Shown: positions 12,022 through 29,849 of the stretch, piece after piece
How positions within the stretch are numbered: the stretch's first letter is position 1
Layout: each line of letters starts with the position of its first letter
Source of the DNA: Macrostomum lignano
Taxonomy: Eukaryota
Assembly: GCA_002269645.1 (NCBI GenBank)
Contig: NIVC01003480.1
Coordinates: 31,938-95,937 of the forward strand
Direction of reading: 5' to 3'
Length of the DNA stretch: 64,000 bases
Notes under the pieces: model-generated
The model's database searches: none
What the model saw: the letters and a program-made list of their open reading frames with translations, nothing else
What the model was told of the DNA's origin: nothing
Program-made: the position numbers and the translations under genes

Positions 12022-13307
12022 ATGGAGCAGACAGGAGCAGCTTACAGGAGTCTAAAATCCACGTTGACCCTTCGCGCGCTAGGGTGGAAACTTTTCAATA
12101 TTGCTGAGTGTAAATAAGTCATCATGAGATTGCTGGGATATTCCATTTTAAAACCGATTATAGCATTTTCCTGGCTTGATCCAGCCTAGGAGCAAGCAAG
12201 TAGCCCAGCCATTGAGGACTTGCTTTCATTGTCTATGGCCCAAAAAGGGGGTCCCTTGGAGCAACCAATTTGAGAATTCAGTCTTTTCCATAGTTGTGCC
12301 AATGTTTCCAAAAGACAGATTTCATTAGACAAACATGGATGCCAATTGTCTTTGGTTGTTCCTTCAGAGGGAGAGAGAAAGAGATAAAGCGAGGCAGGAG
12401 CCAATAGAAAACTTTCCTGCAACTCTCTACACCGCGGTCCACTGCGCTATTTCGGTCAATGGTTTGTTCCTGATAATAAGACCGTAGTTTTCCAGCAACC
12501 ATAAAAATAAAGCCCAACAACCCAATTGCAGCTGCATGCAGTTCTCTGTTCACAGCGATGCAGGGGCTAAACGTTGCCAATCCGCCCAGCTACGAGGAGT
12601 CTGAATGGCTTCATCAAGCTGCCGCTATTCAAGCTACGAGTAGCCGCTTGAACCGGCTGTCCTACCTAATAACGGCGATAATTTGCGTCGAAAAGCGAGA
12701 CTTTGCCCTGTCGCATGCCAGATGCGAGGGCTGCGCCCACTGCCTGGCTGCTAGGCGGGTCGCCACCCCGCGCGAGGCTCGACAACTGGTCCAGTCTGCC
12801 TTCCTGACTGGCCACCTGCCCTGTTGCTACAGTGCCAACCAGCCAGTTGAGTTCGTATTCTTTCAAACCACTGCTCCGAGGGGCCTATTAAGGTTGTGTC
12901 TGATACCTCTGACCCGACTCAGCCTGCCAAGTCCGGAGCTGTTCAATCGAACCAGCTGGACTTCGAAGGACGCCGACCAACTGGAGGCTGTCAAGGCCGC
13001 GGTGATTCGCCAAGCTCGAACAGTCTGCTCAGTTTGCATGGCCGAATTTCCGCCAGCTGCCGGTGGTGTCCGAGCGGCTTACGGCATCCGCAGGCTGTTT
13101 AAGATCAACGTCGGCGAGCAGAGAGTCCAGACGGCGACCAGGGAGCTTCAGGACAGCCACTTTGCTGACCAGGTTGCTCTGGCGGTGGACGCAGCGACGA
13201 AGAAGCTGCTGAGAGACTTGAAGGCAACAACCGATGGAGAGCCCGCTTCGGTGCTCGGCTACCGGCATGCCGTTTTGGAGTCGGCGCTGCCTGCCGGCCT
13301 TTGCTGA
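12022..13307 (+). CDS. Uncharacterised Cys-rich protein, putative two exons (about 279 aa)
   Basis: A non-repetitive 249-codon ORF (12558-13307) is preceded by the acceptor TTCTCTGTTCACAG ending at 12555. Candidate exon 12022-12109 (ATG..GAGT|GTAAAT) joins in frame. No family recognised. Confidence 0.55.
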
Positions 13308-13499
13308 TCAACTCTGAAAGAGAAAACATATTGAACTTCTGATGAGCTGTAAATAAATCACTGTAGTCTGGTACTTGCGACTCAACTCTTTTAACATAAC
13401 AAAATTATTGTAATTTAAATATAAAAAAACTATTGTGTTACTAAATTACTGTTAAGAAGCAGATGGTATTATAAATCACCAATAGCGCTTAGTGAAACG

Positions 13500-13772
13500 G
13501 AAAATAGAATGGATTGCTAATCTAGCCAATACATGGATGCAGGAATAGAATGGATTGCTAATCTAGCCAATACATGGATGCAGGAATAGAATGGATTGCT
13601 AATCTAGCTTACATTAATGCAGGAATAGAATGGATTGCTAATCTAGCCAATGCTTGAATGCAGGAACAGGATGGATTGCTAATCTAGCCAATGCTTGAAT
13701 GCAGGAACAGGATGGATTGCTAATCTAGCCAATGCTTGAATGCAGGAATAGGATGGATTGCTAATCTAACCC
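13500..13772. repeat. 41-bp minisatellite, same family as 55470-57612
   Basis: GAATAGAATGGATTGCTAATCTAGCCAATACATGGATGCAG. Confidence 0.92.
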
Positions 13773-14214
13773 AGAGCTATAAGAAATGAAGTCCCAATGG
13801 TAGCACCAAGTAAACAAACACAATGCTAATCAATTAATTAGACACCTTCAGTTGCAAAGTATCACATTTGAGTCACGAGCCACCTTCAGTCCAGTGGTAC
13901 CGATTCTTGTTATCTATTCGTCAGAGTGGAATAAACCCAGAGAGGTCCAAGTGGCCAGCTCCATAATAAGAAATTACATTTTTCTCTTGCACTCTTGTAT
14001 CATTTTAAGCGCTAAAATTGTAGCAAATATGCAATTCAATTTATCCGCTGGCTGCACTGAAGAGCTTCAAGGCGATTATCAATTTTGGTGCATTCCTACC
14101 GTTGATTTGCATTAACATCTTTATTACCAGATTATGTTTTCAGTGATTAGATTGGTTATAAATCTGGGGCGTTTTACTCGTATTTACTTTTAGAATAGAG
14201 TTGCTGGCAACGTT

Positions 14215-14745
14215 TACTCCTTGTCTACCCCTCTCTACACTCTCTACCCTAAATCTACTCCTTGTCTACCCCTCTCTACACTCTCTACCCTAAATCTACT
14301 CCTTGTCTACCCCTCTCTTCACTCTCTACCCTAAATCTACTCCTTGTCTACCCCTCTCTACACTCTCTACCCTAAATCTACTCCTTGTCTACCCCTCTCT
14401 ACACTCTCTACCCTAAATCTACTCCTTGTCTACCCCTCTCTACACTCTCTACCCTAAATCTACTCCTTGTCTACCCCTCTCTACACTCTCTACCCTAAAT
14501 ATACTCCTTGTCTACCCCTCTCTACACTCTCTACCCTAAATCTACTCCTTGTCTACCCCTCTCTACACTCTCTACCCTAAATCTACTCCTTGTCTACCCC
14601 TCTCTACACTCTCTACCCTAAATCTACTCCTTTTCTACCCCTCTCTACACTCTCTACCCATAAATCTACTCTTTGTCTACCCCTCTCTACACTCTCTACC
14701 CATAAATATTCTCCTTGTCTACCCCTCTCTACATTCTCTACCCCT
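14215..14745. repeat. 41-bp pyrimidine-rich minisatellite
   Basis: CTACTCCTTGTCTACCCCTCTCTACACTCTCTACCCTAAAT. Confidence 0.92.
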
Positions 14746-15210
14746 GATACGCCTTGGGTCTACTTTCTGTCTCGCCTTTCTTTAAACCAATTAAACCCAT
14801 TTCTGGGCAGTATCAAATAAGTGGCATTTAAGCGCTTACACCCAGAATGGCTACTCAATTTCAGTAGTATCCCTCGACAATTTACTCGCTATAAAAAATG
14901 AAAAATGAATGTTAATGCGAACAGCATTTCTATACCGCCCCTCAACTCCGTGTATCCAATGAGAGTCATCATCTTCATCCATTCTCCCTCTCTGCCCTCC
15001 TTTCCTCTCTCCCCTTATCTGGGATTTGACGGGTCAGGAAATCCCTGACAAGGAGCAGGGAGCGACCGTCAGCCCCACAACCCGCCGCCCAGTCCGTCCC
15101 AGTTGAACTTAATAAACTTTAGTCCCACGTAGAGACTCGCGTCAATGCAAAACGGTTCTGCGAGCAAAGAAATTCATTTCGACAAATTAGATCCAAGTTT
15201 CATCCAAAGA

Positions 15211-21316
<6,106 letters not shown>

Positions 21317-21436
21317 ATGCTTAGCCGTTCTGGTTATTGTTGCTATGGCTCTGTGCCTACTTAGTATTCTATACGGAAATTTATGAGCTTCTTCTGGGGG
21401 AAGGGGTTCGCTTCGTAAGACCTGAATTTCCTGAAT

Positions 21437-21491
21437 AGGGTTAGGTTAGTGTTAGGGTTAGGGTTAGGGTTAGTGTTAGGGTTAGGGTTAT

Positions 21492-21522
<31 letters not shown>

Positions 21523-21547
21523 GGTTAGGGTTATGGTTAGGTTTAGA
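21437..21547 (+). repeat. Interstitial (TTAGGG)n telomere-like tract
   Basis: About 18 perfect or degenerate TTAGGG units starting about 120 nt after the channel stop codon. Confidence 0.85.
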
Positions 21548-22499
21548 GTTGAACCGTAAAAGTTATCGACCCGTCAGCTATAAATGTAGGAATTGCTGAA
21601 ATTCTGTGACTATTGGCCGGATGAGGGTTGAGGTTTGGGTTAGCTGTTCAAGGGTAGAATTTTATGACTACGTACCTTTTTGTGGTTTCGACCAATAGTT
21701 TGTTATTCATTTCATATTTAAATTAGCTCCTTTTGTTTAATTTACACAATTCTGCATGCAAATATTCAGTGTGTGGCTTTCATAAGGCCTAAATTTCACA
21801 GGAATCATTATTAAAATGACAATATTTTAGGCGATGTGAAATTTACTGGATGTAAAAGCGCCCCTGACTTTAGCGCCCTATTGCTTTCACGCTGACAAGC
21901 TGAGGCCATCGCGTGACCGAATAGGGACTTTGAAACTTCGAGAGGCTTCGAAACGGAACCAACAAGTGCTGCAATTAGCATTTAGAAAAAGCCATAAAAG
22001 TCTGCAGTAGCAGTTTTACCCCCTTTTTTCCAAAAAAAGATTAACTTGTTCCTGCCAGTCATATGTTATTCTTGTGTCTCCAATGCTTATAAAAAGCTAA
22101 TGTTGTTTGACAGAAACTGTTTACAGTGCAATAACTACAGAAAATTTATTAGCGTAATTTCACAACTCTCTATTACCAAGCAGTTTTGATCGCAAGCTAC
22201 TTAACAATTGGTCTTTTCTGCTGCACATTTTGTTACTGTCACTAAGCTAAGAATGATAAAATATGGATTCATAAAACCAATGAGCCGAGCAGTGCCATTT
22301 TAATGGTTTTTTGGCACAGGACATGTCGCTCGTACGATTGTGAGTAAAGATATAAAATAAACATGGAATCCTAGTTTTCTACACGAAGATCTTTATGAAT
22401 ATCAATAGAGCTAAAAGAAGGGCAAAACATGTTACAAGATGAACATTGGGTCTGCCTTCTATCGAAAGTAATAAAAATTTTTGTGCTTAAGAAATAAAA

Positions 22500-23105
22500 A
22501 CGGGGGGATTGCTGAGATGCCAAGGCTCGCATGGGGAATTGTTGAGATGCCAATGCTCACGGGGGGATTGTTGAGATGACAAGCCTCACGGGGGGAATTG
22601 TTAAGATGCCAATGCTCACGGGGGAATTGTTGAGATGCCAAGGCTCACGAGGGGGTAGTTGAGATGCCAATTCTCACGAAGGGAATCGTTGAGATGCCAA
22701 TGCTCACGGGGGGGAATCGTTGAGATGCCAATGCTCATGGGGGGAATCGTTGAGATGCCAATGCTCACGGGGGGAATCGTTAAGATGCCAATGCTCACGG
22801 GGGGAGGAATCGTTAAGATGCCAATGCTCACGGGGGAGGAATCGTTGAGATGCCAATGCTCTCGGGGGAATCGTTAAGATGCCAATGCTCACGGGGGGAA
22901 TCGTTGAGATGCCAATGCTCACGGGGGGAATCGTTAAGATGCCAATGCTCACGGGGGGGGGGAATCGTTGAGATGCCAATGCTCACGGGGGGGGGAATCG
23001 TTGAGATGCCAATGCTCACGGGGGGAGGAATCGTTGAGATGCCAATGCTCTCGGGGGGAATCGTTGAGATGCCAATGCTCACGGGGTGGATTGTTGAGAT
23101 GCCAA
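22500..23105. repeat. About 30-bp minisatellite
   Basis: GGGGGAATCGTTGAGATGCCAATGCTCACG with variable G-run. Confidence 0.92.
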
Positions 23106-23959
23106 AGGTAAAGTTGAAGCTGCTGGTAGGTCATGCACTCAGATAGAGAGATTTAAGGTTATGCTTAGGCAATGGCTTAAGAGGAGATGCTGAGATTCTA
23201 AGACTCAAAGGGGATGCTGATGTCTAGCTGGCTTTTAGGAGTCAAGCTTTTTTAATTTAAAACATCGAAATCCTTATGAAATCAACAGTAGTCTTATACT
23301 ACTCCCGTACTTCTTCAAAAACTTCTACTTCTTCTGCAACCGCAGTATTACATGTAGATCTCTTTCGTTTTCGGTAATCTCTGATGGTCACTTGCCATCT
23401 TATGCTATGCGCATGTTGGAGGGTAGTTGACACTTTTTATCCGCCATTTCCTAGTCAAAATACATTTCGGATAGAAGAAGCATACAATCAAAAATTGGCT
23501 CAATCGAAAGTGTGGTGCATGCATAGTGCGCCCAACAGCTGTAAATAAATTGTACATTAATATTAATGTCGTTAGATCGGGTTTCAAGACTGCCATGAGA
23601 TGCTAGATGTAATCGTCCATGCATTGCGATATGAAATCCATACGCAGACTCTAAGCATGCAGCGATGTTGAAAGGATTCGATCTCATGGTAATTTAATCG
23701 CATATTATATTTGTTGCTAACTAGCTAATTAATTTATCCGGTGCGGAATACTGCAGTCTACTTGTACATGCATATCTCAACAGGTAGCTAAAATGTCACT
23801 GCACAAAATGCACTGTATGAGCGCTCAGTCAATATGCAATTAGCTCAGTTACTAAATTAAAGACACAGAAAGTCATTCACGCACCTCAGTTGTCCATGAC
23901 AATGACCCTGATACATGATCGGGCAACCAATACTATATTGTACCGATACTATATGAATG

Positions 23960-24267
23960 CAATAATAATTATTATTTTTATTACACCTGCCCTAATAGGC
24001 AGATGTGCAACCAACAGCTCAGCCGCAGCTATTGCGCGGCGCATCTGAAGGCTGCGTACGGCTGTTCAGTCCAAGGACTGGGGGGTCGCTACACACATCT
24101 TTAATTACACCAGCTAATGCTGGCACCCATTTTACAGCTGGGTGAACTGAAGCAATGCAGAGTTAAGTATCTTGCTCAAGGACACAAATTGTTCCGAGTG
24201 AGTCAAGAATCGAGCCCCCGACCATTCAGTCGTGATTCCGACGGTCTAGCCACTAGGCTACATCCCC
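23960..24267 (-). mobile_element. tRNA-headed CORE-type SINE
   Basis: Minus strand begins GGGGATGTAGCCTAGTGG (tRNA-Ala-like; A box 24250-24260), then B box GGCTCGATTCT (24206-24216), then GTGTCCTTGAGCAAGATACTTAAC..CAGCTGTAAAATGGG resembling the MIR CORE domain, and a TAA-rich tail near 23960-23985. Confidence 0.8.
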
Positions 24268-26387
24268 TTGTTCTACAGTTCAATTGTTAGTGCATGTAAG
24301 ATATCGCATTGAAAACCTGCGCAACCTGAAGCACTGCATGTCTGTCTCGCCTCGCTATGACGCCAGAATTATGATTTTAATCTCCGGTGCTCAACCAGAT
24401 TACATCGGAAATAAAAATGGTGAGAAGAAAAATACAGCTATAGATTTCTTATCGATGCAGTCACACCCGGGTCATGATTATGCATGCAGCAGCGCAATGG
24501 CCAGAAACTGCCAATATGTGACGCATAAAGGACCTCGGCGTTTTAATGAAGCTGCACTGTACAAGGGGTTCATAAGCTCAAGATTCTCCGTCCTTGAAAG
24601 ACAGAATCTTTCACGAGCTGGATATTTCATACAATCGATTTCGTTTAAGTTGTTCTAGTGACCCGACAAACGTTTGCCAGCTTGTGAAGTTTTGTATGGA
24701 TTGTGACCTTTCTACTCGTATTATTTTTTATTAGAGGCCGGGGGCTGGTGTGCACCTTGCGCACTTTAAACGATTGTAGGCCAACCGGCGAGAGGCATTA
24801 CTTATTGCCCCGCATTCCGCCGACTCCCCTGAACCGGCAAACAAGCGCGCAGATACATGTACGTACGCAATCATACGGCCATAGGCACACACTCAAACAG
24901 GTGGGTACAGCGCGCGGCCCTTATTTTTATTTATTACATGTACTAACTAACGAAGTAAGGGCTTACTGTGCCTTGGAAGTTGGCCCTCTAGGGCGTTAAT
25001 TGCACGAGCAGAGCCAAGCCAAGATTCCAATATATTTAGCCCCCTGCAAATTAAACTTGTACTGCAGTTTTTTGGCTCCCCCAACGGGGGGCGCTGATTG
25101 CTAGTAATGATTCTCAAGCCTTTTTCAACATGGATAAACCTTTATTTTTTCAACAAGAGGCCTTGCTTAACTCGGGGAGGTGGGGAAGTGGGACATCGTC
25201 ATCCGAGCTCGTACATGTATTGCTCAAACAAACTACATGTAACTAGTTTGTGTAATTGTTACTTTATAAATTAATATTTAAAAAAATTATATCAACTTAT
25301 TTTTAATATTTCTACATTTGTATTTCTAAATTGGTTTTTAACTTTTTGTTTATCTATTTAAAATGTCTGCTTTAAATTGGTCTTTTTTGTTAAATTAATA
25401 TTGTGGTAGGCGAGGCCTCTGCACTATTCCGACTGAATGTAATGTTATTTCCTCTGTGTGGATTACGCATGCTGACGTCATTTCCCTGCGTGGAAATCCC
25501 CCCTCTCTTTTCCTCTAAGTGTGTTTTCGGGAACTCACTCCCCGTAACTTTGTTTTACTGTGCTTTGAATAGGCTAGGGTTACACCCGATGTTTAATCGT
25601 CACCACCCCGCGGTGTACCCGATCATTTCCATTGCGTGTACACTCGACTCTAATTCCCACCCGGTGTAACCCTTTCCTCCCAGTGGCTCATGAGAGCGTT
25701 ACTTATTAAGAGTCTGCAGCCCCTCCTCTCCCGGCTAGACTATCGTTTGGACCCTACCCCGACCGTTAGGACCTAGCAGACTCTTTTGCAGCCCAAAATA
25801 CGAGGGGACCCTACCTGCACTGTAAGCCCAGCATCCAGACCCGGCCAGCTAATTTAGCATAATTATAATAATAGTTAATTGCTTACAGTGCGTTTTTTAA
25901 TCCGTTTAGTGGAATAATAATAATATTCAGCCATCTGGCCAAGTATCCGGCCTATTTAACCTTGTGTGTTTGAAACGGTGTCTTTAGCCTTCGTGACCTC
26001 GGAAGCTTTTATTTGACCCTCGGTGGTCTCAAGAGAAGTTCTAGGGCAAATTCGAGCAATTTTGAGCTTTAGAGCTTTTCCCGCGAATATCCGCGTTGGT
26101 GGCAGCGAACTACTACTTACAGTAACACTCTCGACAAATTAGTTTATCTTAAGTTTCCCGTATCGGCTAATTTCTGCATTCGGTATTCTGATTGTCGGAA
26201 AAACTAGACTGCTCAGCTGCGACCACAGCTACCCTCCCCCTGAGCTTGAGGAACTTAGCAGCCGGAGCTCCCCTTCATCTGCAAGCCGAGATCTTCGCCC
26301 GAGTTTGTTTGAATTCTCGGAAACCGCACCAATTTGAACAGCTGAAAAGCAAACGAAATCCAAGCCAGCTAGCACATTCGTCATGAC

Positions 26388-28746
26388 ACGCATTTGTTTC
26401 CCGATCGATATTCAGATTGATATTCGAAAATTAACAAAATCTCTGCTCTGCAAAAATATTTTAGAACGCCGTTTGACAGGAAAAAAAGTGCAACTAAGAA
26501 CATTGCAAAAATAAAGTTTCAGCTCGATCCGCCCCTCTGACTCGAAATGGCACCGATTTTCGATGTGCTCCTATTTAAAATACATGTGATTTTATAAGGC
26601 AGATCGATATTCGAGTTCGCTCACTTTGGCTTGACCGTTCAACATGAAATTTTATCTGTTCGAGCTGCCAAAACTTATTTTCGTTCTGAACGAACGAAGC
26701 AACTGCAAATTACGTAGAGAATTTAAGCAGCGCTTTTTTAATTTTACGAGTACATCTAGACTGTTTCTTAAAGCATACTAGGTAATCGTATAGGAATTAC
26801 GAATCGTGCATCTCATCGTTCGTGCAATCGCACAGTTTTTATTGTTATAATTTTCTTTACAAACTCTCATACTCCATCAGCCAGGTGCGGATCCAGGAAT
26901 TTCTTGAGTGGGGCCTAATGCAATGCTCGATCACCGAGGGCCTTGGGGCCGGATTGGAAGGGCCGGATCTGGCCTTGGGGCCGAGGGCTGTTGACCCCCT
27001 GCTATAAGTCTTAATTTATAAGTAAGTTAATTAATTCTCATATAGCTCCAAGTCCCAAACAACGTTGTTGCCTTCATGCGTAAAATTTATGAGAAAGAAA
27101 TAACGTTTCCTATTAAAATAGAACAAAACTTCTGGAAGGAACGTTTTCAACCTCGTTCTGATCCCCAGATTTGTGGCTTTTTTCTGTTTTCGGTGATTTA
27201 TGGCCGTCTAGCTGTCACTTTTGGCTCCAGCCTGTCTAGGTCAAAGAGGTCTTTCCAGCTTTCTCCCCACTCACTCTGTTGCTTTCTCCTTGGATTTATG
27301 GGCGTTTTGCTGTCACTTTTGGCGCCAGGATGTCTAGACAAGTGACTTTTATTAAGTTTTGCTTATGATTTATGACCGCACCTGTCAACTTCCCTGGGGT
27401 CTAAAGGCCACCTGGTGGGGTGGGTTTTGGGGTCTTGAGCTCAGCTAATCAGAGTCGACCTGACTGCCCCCGGCTCGACCAATCAGAAAATTCGGCGCCT
27501 ATTTTAACAAAAGCTCTCAGCCAATCGGAAAATTCGGCGTGCGTTATAACAAATCGGCCGCGTGAGAGCTATAAAAGGCGGCAACTCGACCCGCGCTCGA
27601 GTAACCCGCCTCCTCCGGGACCTTCCCTGCCCTGCTGCTTCCTCTTCTGGTCCTGCCGACCTGATCCCCCTTTCCCCGGCAGTTTCGGCTTCAACAGCTA
27701 AGTTCCCCTGAGAAGCATCATCAATATCTCCCGGCGGTGATCTAAGAGCAGCAACGACTATCGGCAAGCGAAGAGCAGCGGCGGCAATCGTCAGTCAAGA
27801 TCAGCAACAGCATCCCATCTGAGCGCTTCGGTCTCTGTGGATTCCTTGGCTACCGGCAGATAGGTCCTCTGATTGGTTTGGTTTTAGACAGCTAAAAGAC
27901 ACTAGATGGCAGGTAAGTGCAGTGCCCCTCTAGTCGGAAGTCCGATTCCGACAGCTCCGGTTTGGTGAGCCAGGGCGCACGGACTGGTGGCAGCGAGTTT
28001 GTTAATCCGCGGGTTAGCTAATTTCTACCTTTCAAATTCTCCCTGCTTGTCTCTTGCTGTCTTCGCCTAGCTATAGGACCTTGCTGCTCGCCCACAATCT
28101 AGCTACCATGGGGATGACCATCTGACAGGAGTGAGAGGCCAGAGCTCTTAGTGATTCATTTCTGAGTTCTGAGGCCCGAAGCTACAGGCTTAAAAAGGCC
28201 GAACCCATCAGGAGCACATCGAAAATCGGTGCCATTTCGAGTTAGAGTGACGGATCGATCTGAAACTGTATATTTATCGGTTTCTTAGTTGCACTTTTTA
28301 GTGTGTAAAATTTCATGTTGAATGGTCAAGCCAAAGTGAGCGAATTCGAATATCGATCTGCCTTATAAAATCACATGTATTTTAAATAGGAGCACATCGA
28401 AAATCGGTGCCATTTCGAGTCAGAGTGACGGATCGATCTGAAACTGTATATTTATCAGTTTCTGGTTTGCACTTTTTAGTGTGTAAAATTTAATGTTGAA
28501 TGGTTAAGCCAAAGTGAGCGAACTCGAATATCGATCTACCTTATAAAATCACATGTATTTTAAATAGGAGCACATCGAAAATCGGTGCCATTTCGAGTCA
28601 GAGGGGCGGATCGAGCTGAAACTTTTTTTTGCCATGTTCTAAGTTGCACTTTTTATGTCAAACGGCGTTCTAAAATATTTTTGCAGAGCAAAGATTTTGT
28701 TAATTTTCGAATATCAATCTAAATATAGATCGGGAAACAAATGCGT
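26388..28746. mobile_element. Foldback-like element with about 265-bp terminal inverted repeats
   Basis: 26388-26654 is the near-perfect reverse complement of 28484-28746. The right arm has extra tandem copies of a 178-bp subunit (starts 28211, 28389, 28567). No transposase ORF or clear TSD. Confidence 0.75.
27479..27576 (+). promoter_or_regulatory. Pol II promoter-like module (two CCAAT boxes plus TATA) inside the foldback element
   Basis: CCAAT at 27479 and 27521, each followed by AAAATTCGGCG; TATAAAAG at 27570. Confidence 0.45.
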
Positions 28747-29849
28747 ACAATTTTATGCATTATGTTTTGTTGTAACTTTTGCTAAAAAATGACTTGCATG
28801 CATATTGATCTAAAAAAGTGCAGATGGACGAGTTGCATCCAGTGCAAAAAAGTGGGTGCAAATCCAAATTTAAGGGTGTAAATTACACCCTATTTGCATA
28901 AAAAACCCTGCTTTAAAGAGAGAGATTTAAACCCCCCATCCTCAATATATTGTGTATGATATCATGATGGTGAAAATATTATCAGATTGTAGGCTACTAG
29001 TACCTACAGCTGAATATCTGAACTATGAATGAATTAATTTTCAGTCAGTGTATGTAATTTTCGAGCAAGTGTGGCTTCAGGCTTAGCATTAATAATTTCA
29101 CTTAACATCTTTCTAAGTGTCCAAATGAATAAACTAATGTTGCAAAATGACTTTGCTAGGAATACTTCTGAAGAATTTAATTGTCCAACTCCCATACATC
29201 GCCATAGGCCATCATAGGCATAAATATGCAATTTTTTAGAAAGCCAAAGTCTTTCATTTGTTGGATATGATTTTTACACCTAGGCCCCTAATCCAAGACC
29301 AAGAGTCCAAGACTAAGTCCAAAATCAAATTTGAGTATTTGATTTTGAAAAATAGCAATGTCACAATTATTGATATAATAGACCTAGTCTAAGTTATAGC
29401 CATAGGGCCTATTCAAACCTTAAATAAAATATATTAAAGATTAACATTGTGGGTTAGGGCTGGCTAAGGGCATTCTTTCGTTTTAGAAGACTCTCTATGT
29501 ATCAAATAGGAAGCTGGCAGTTTCAAAAAAGAAGACCCACCTAAAACATAGGAAGCTGCTCACATATTGTTGTCTATTATTTTGTTTGTTTATTCTTAAT
29601 GGCTTTGTGTGTCCTTTATTACAGTTTATATTACAGTTTCGTTTAAAAAACCGTCAAGCTACTATTTCATTGAAGGTCTTCCAAAACGAAGGTAGTAGGG
29701 GTGGCAGCAACAAAAGCTGCAGAAACGTAGGGTTTAGATGATTTGTTTTCCTGTGTTGGCCTTGGGTACATTTTCTATGAATGTCTGACATATACAGTTT
29801 CGTTTTAAAAGACTGGCCAGTTGAGGTGTAGAACTTTTGCCACGCTTTC

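Noticed and set aside
21437-21547. True chromosome end
   Set aside because: Short, degenerate and flanked by unique sequence on both sides.
24190-24267. tRNA gene
   Set aside because: No matching acceptor-stem 3' half; it runs straight into CORE-SINE sequence.
25577-25672. Short inverted repeat GGGTTACACC..GGTGTAACCC and palindrome at 28873-28891
   Set aside because: Arms of only 9-10 bp, no TSD or copy evidence; may be chance or TE debris.
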